Of a DNA stretch of 64,000 nucleotides, positions 60,700 through 64,000 are shown piece by piece (the first letter of the stretch is position 1; each line of letters opens with the position of its first letter). The notes beneath the pieces were generated by a model. It was not told the DNA's origin and did no database searches. It saw only the letters and a list, made by a program, of their open reading frames with translations. A program made the position numbers and the translations under genes. The DNA is from an uncultured Planctomycetaceae bacterium. GTDB taxonomy: Bacteria > Planctomycetota > Planctomycetia > Pirellulales > PALSA-1355. The stretch is taken from positions 320,001 to 384,000 of the forward strand of contig CAWAUV010000008.1 in NCBI GenBank assembly GCA_963785305.1, in the 5' to 3' direction.

Positions 60700-63232
60700 A
60701 TGCTGCGCGCGCGGAAGCCTTGTTCACACGCGTCGGTCATCGGAGGCGGGCTGATCGTCCTCCTGGGCGCCGCCTTCGTTCTTATCGCCCCGCCGGCCCA
60801 TGCCCAGCGCTATGCCGAACCCAACCCGGCCATGCAGCCGCGCCGCGCCGCCAATGAATCGTATTCCAACGGCCGCGACGCACGCAATGCGCGCGAGGAG
60901 CTGGCCCCGGTCGGACAAATGCGGCACAAGTTGCGGCCCCCGGAGCTATTGGCCGCGGCGCTCTCGACGCCGCAAGACGCTTTTCGCGATGGCGAAGGTT
61001 GGTCGCTGGCCCAGGCGCTGGGTCGGGCAGCCGATCGATCGCACCAGGTGCGCATCGCGCAAATTTACTGGAAGCTTTCGGCCGCCCAGGCCGAATATCA
61101 TTTTGCCCGCGAGCAAAGTCATTTGATCTGGAAAGTCACCGAGCGGCATGCCAGCCTGCCCGGTGTGCAAGCGGCGCACTACAAGACCGAAGGCGCCGTG
61201 AACGATTGCGAAGTGAGCGTGGTCGACGCGCAGCATGAGTTGGCCGAGGCATTGCGACTTGGCGCCCATGAGCCGCTGCCCCTGGCGATCGATCGCCCGC
61301 ACGTGGGCGATTATAAGACGCGCTTCGACGCGCTGTTCACCTCGGGCCACGAAGCGCCGGCCCGATTGCGGCTCACGAACCGATCGATTCCGATTCGCCG
61401 CAAGGCGATCGATGTGCATGGCGAGGCGATTCTCGCGTCTCAAGACGCGCTCGACGCCACGATCGAGGAATACGAACGCGGCGGCGCCGATCTCACCACG
61501 CTCCTGGCCAGCTTCAGCGAGCTCGACCGGCAGCGGCGCGCGTTTGTCCGCGGTGTGCGCGACTACAATCAAGACATCGCCGAATATGCGATCAATGTGG
61601 CGCCGCAAGGCGAGCGCGGTGAAGCGCTCGTGGCGATGTTGATTCGCACTCCCACGCCCCGCGAACTGATCCCCGGCCGCGATGAACAGCGCCGCCGAGA
61701 TCGCGACGCCGCGCTCATCGGCCGGGCGTCCGACCATGTCGATCGCCAAGCGCACCGCGATGCCGAGCCGCGTCACGTTTCGGGCGAGGGTTATAATCAT
61801 GGCGCCGGGGACGAACGTCGCGCCCCAGCCCACGAAGGCGCCGGCGCTCCGCGCGACAATTACAATTCGCCGCGCGAAGGCTACGCCGCCCCGCGCGACG
61901 AATACGCCGCTCCCGCTTTCGATCCCAATGCCGCTCAAGACGATCGCCGCTCGGCCCAGCCGTTTCGCAACGACGATCGCCAATCGTCGCCCGACTACGC
62001 CGCGCCGCCGCTCGACGACCAACGCGCCGCCGCGCCCCGCGGCGATAATCGCGCCGCTCCGCCGCGCGATGGTTATCGCACGCCGCCGCCGGCTGGTTAC
62101 TACGAACCCGGTGTTGATCGACGGCCGGCGCCCGCGCCGCGTTACGCGTCGCCCGATGGCTATCGTTCGTCCCAGGTCGAACCCGCGGCCGATGAAGGCG
62201 TCGCGGCGATGAGCGATCCGTCGGTGGCGCCGGCGAGCGCCGAGGAGCCACCGGCGCAGTTCGCTCCGGTCGAGGGTGCGGGACCCGTCGTGGAAGCGCC
62301 GCCGGGCATCGATCCATTCGCCCCGCGACGATTTGAATCGCAAAAACCGATCATCTCGTCGCCGGGCGCGAGTGGCCCCGCCGCCGCGCCGAGTTCCGGC
62401 GCCCTGCGGGTCACGGCGCATCACCCCGCTGAAGCCCGCGTCGAAGCGGCCGAATACTCAGGACTCGAACATTTGCCGCCGGCGCTCTGCGCCCAGCGAC
62501 TGGCCGGAATCTTGCATTGGTGGCAGCGCAATCTTCCACCCGACGCGGGCGAGCCCACTTCGCTGGTGATCGCGCTCGAGCGGGTTCCCGAAACACGTCG
62601 CAAGCCGGTGATCGACGCGTATTGGCGCGCGCGAGGCGGCGGCGCATTATCAGGCGCTGGCCGAGGCGGGCGAGCAGTTGAGCCCGTTGGCCGCGTGGGC
62701 CACCCGCGGCTCGGCGTCTCAACACGCCGCGCTGGCCATGTTGCGTTTGGAAGCCGCTCGGCTGGGAATCCAAGCCGAATTGCTCGACGCGCACATCGGT
62801 TTGATCGTGGCCGAATACAATTTGGCGGTGGCCAGCGGCGGGCCGCTCGAAGCGCATTGGCCGCTGCCGACCACGATTCCGCAAGCCGGCCGCTACCATG
62901 TGCCCGAGTCGCATCTTGTGCGTTCGGCGGCGCCCTATTCGGCCGATCATTTGCCGCCTTTGGAGTCAACGCTCCAAGAACTGGCCGCCGCGGTGGTGTT
63001 CTCGGCCGCCGCTCGCGCCGAATCACTGCGCGGCTCCGATCCGAGGGCGATGCACGAAGCCATTTCGCGAGTCTATGCCCAACTCGGCGACACACAGAGT
63101 TTTCTGCGCGCTCAGACCGAGTACAATGTGGCGATCGCCGAATACGCCTTGCGCACCTTGCCGCCCGTGCGCACGGTCGAACAAGTCGTGTCGCGGCTGG
63201 TGATCGCCCGCAATCTCCGCGACGGCGCGTGA
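60700..63232 (+). CDS. Secreted TolC/outer-membrane-efflux-like helical protein, two related domains joined by a Pro/Arg/Asp-rich linker; frameshift near 62632
   Basis: Not in the ORF track because frame 1 has no stop before the window end. MLRARK...AHAQ signal peptide; IAQIYWKLS, DYNQDIAEYA; second half IDAYWRA, EYNVAIAEYA in ORF 62678..63232. Confidence 0.6.
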
Positions 63233-63240
63233 CGAGCAAT

Positions 63241-63307
63241 CGGCGGCACGCCCCTAGGTTAATCCGGGACGACCCAAACGTCACTATCGACTCGCGTCCC
63301 CTTTTCC
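63241..63307 (-). mobile_element. Diverged half copy of mini-RAYT type 2
   Basis: CCGGGACGACCCAAACGTCACTATCGACTCGCGTCCCCTTTTCC aligns with 19848-19890. Confidence 0.65.
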
Positions 63308-64000
63308 GGTCCTTGGGCCGGCCGACGGACGACATCATCACGACCGTTGGGTCGGGTGTCGACTCCAGCGTCCAGCGAATCAGCACGGCTTACGAAATCC
63401 GCGGCCTCGTCTTCCAGATCACGAGTTATGCCGACACCGGCGCGACCACGGTGGTCAATCAGGTTCAGAATGCGTACAATGGTTTCCAGCAACTCGTCAA
63501 GCAGTATCAGCAGCATGGCGCCGCCGTGAACACCGTTACGTCGCCCAACGTGCAATACGCTTTCGCCGACGGCAGCGCCAACACGACGCGCCTGACGGCG
63601 ATCACGTATCCCGGCGCCATCAGCGGCTCGACGCCCCGCGTCGTGACGTACAACTACGCGAGCGGCAACGACGACGCCTTGTCTCGCGTCACCAGCTACG
63701 TCGACTCCGACAGCTCGACGCTCGTCGAGTACACGTATCTTGGCCTCCGCACGTTCGTTGATTTGACCTATCCGCAACCGGACGTGACTTGGTCGCTCGC
63801 CGGCGGCTCGGGCGCGAACCCGTATATTGGCCTCGATCAATTCGGCCGCGTGGTGAACAACCTCTGGCAGAACGCTGGCGGCGCCGCGCTCGATCAAATC
63901 CAATACGGCTACGACCAAACCGGCAACCGCCTCTGGCGCCATCAAGCCGTCGCCGCCGGCAACGATGAGTTGTATTCGTACGACGGCCTGCAGCGTCTCA
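63308..64000 (+). CDS. RHS core fragment without a native start, running off the window
   Basis: Frame 1: TTVGSGVDSSVQRI...YNGFQQLVKQYQQHG...RLTAITYP...GLDQFGRV...YGYDQTGNRLWR...YSYDGLQRL. Confidence 0.8.

Noticed and set aside
19556..62424. Long minus-strand ORFs such as 19556..21274, 25823..27448, 32904..33905 and 60946..62424
   Set aside because: Antisense shadows of GC-rich + strand genes, with no recognisable motifs.
700..62640. Programmed frameshifting or phase variation at the many frameshifts
   Set aside because: They are 1-2 nt indels, mostly in G/C or GCGC runs, and also hit immunity and TolC-like genes, which is typical of long-read error. Recurrent ones (CCCGGG at 724, 9413, 12210, 57103; 36062 and 48722) could be real and need reads.
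60700..64000. Single ORF fusing the TolC-like protein to RHS
   Set aside because: Frame 1 stays open, but 62640-63300 translates to Arg-rich junk while frame 2 holds the sensible domain; the fusion results from a frameshift near 62632.
1..64000. tRNA or rRNA genes
   Set aside because: None recognised by eye; not excluded without a covariance-model scan.

Overview
GC-rich bacterial DNA, probably Planctomycetota (inferred from the RHS, LRR, TolC-like and transposase styles). Positions 1-58.9 kb form one co-directional (+ strand) polymorphic-toxin array. It has 21 Hint (pretoxin-HINT, CF...HN) toxin modules representing about 13 distinct toxin tips: PD-(D/E)XK nucleases, AHH/HNH nucleases, Ntox8, BECR-like RNases, a His-Cys clan-CD-like protease and several unknowns. 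Each tip is followed by a candidate immunity gene. The modules hang on four Ser/Thr/Asp-rich carrier stubs (called A-D here) and nearly all lack their own 5' end. Many module boundaries are occupied by small mobile-element pieces: two kinds of internally deleted RAYT (Y1 transposase) mini-elements with terminal inverted repeats (one carries a sigma70-like promoter pointing into the cassettes), right ends of an rve-type IS, and a ~100-bp hairpin repeat. A 5' fragment of a group II intron sits in the RAYT-end motif, with EBS1/EBS2 complementary to it. The array is followed by a degraded IS, an RHS scrap, a TolC-like gene and another RHS fragment. Many 1-2 nt frameshifts in GC runs are probably long-read errors. 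All family names come from motif recognition by eye, not from database searches.
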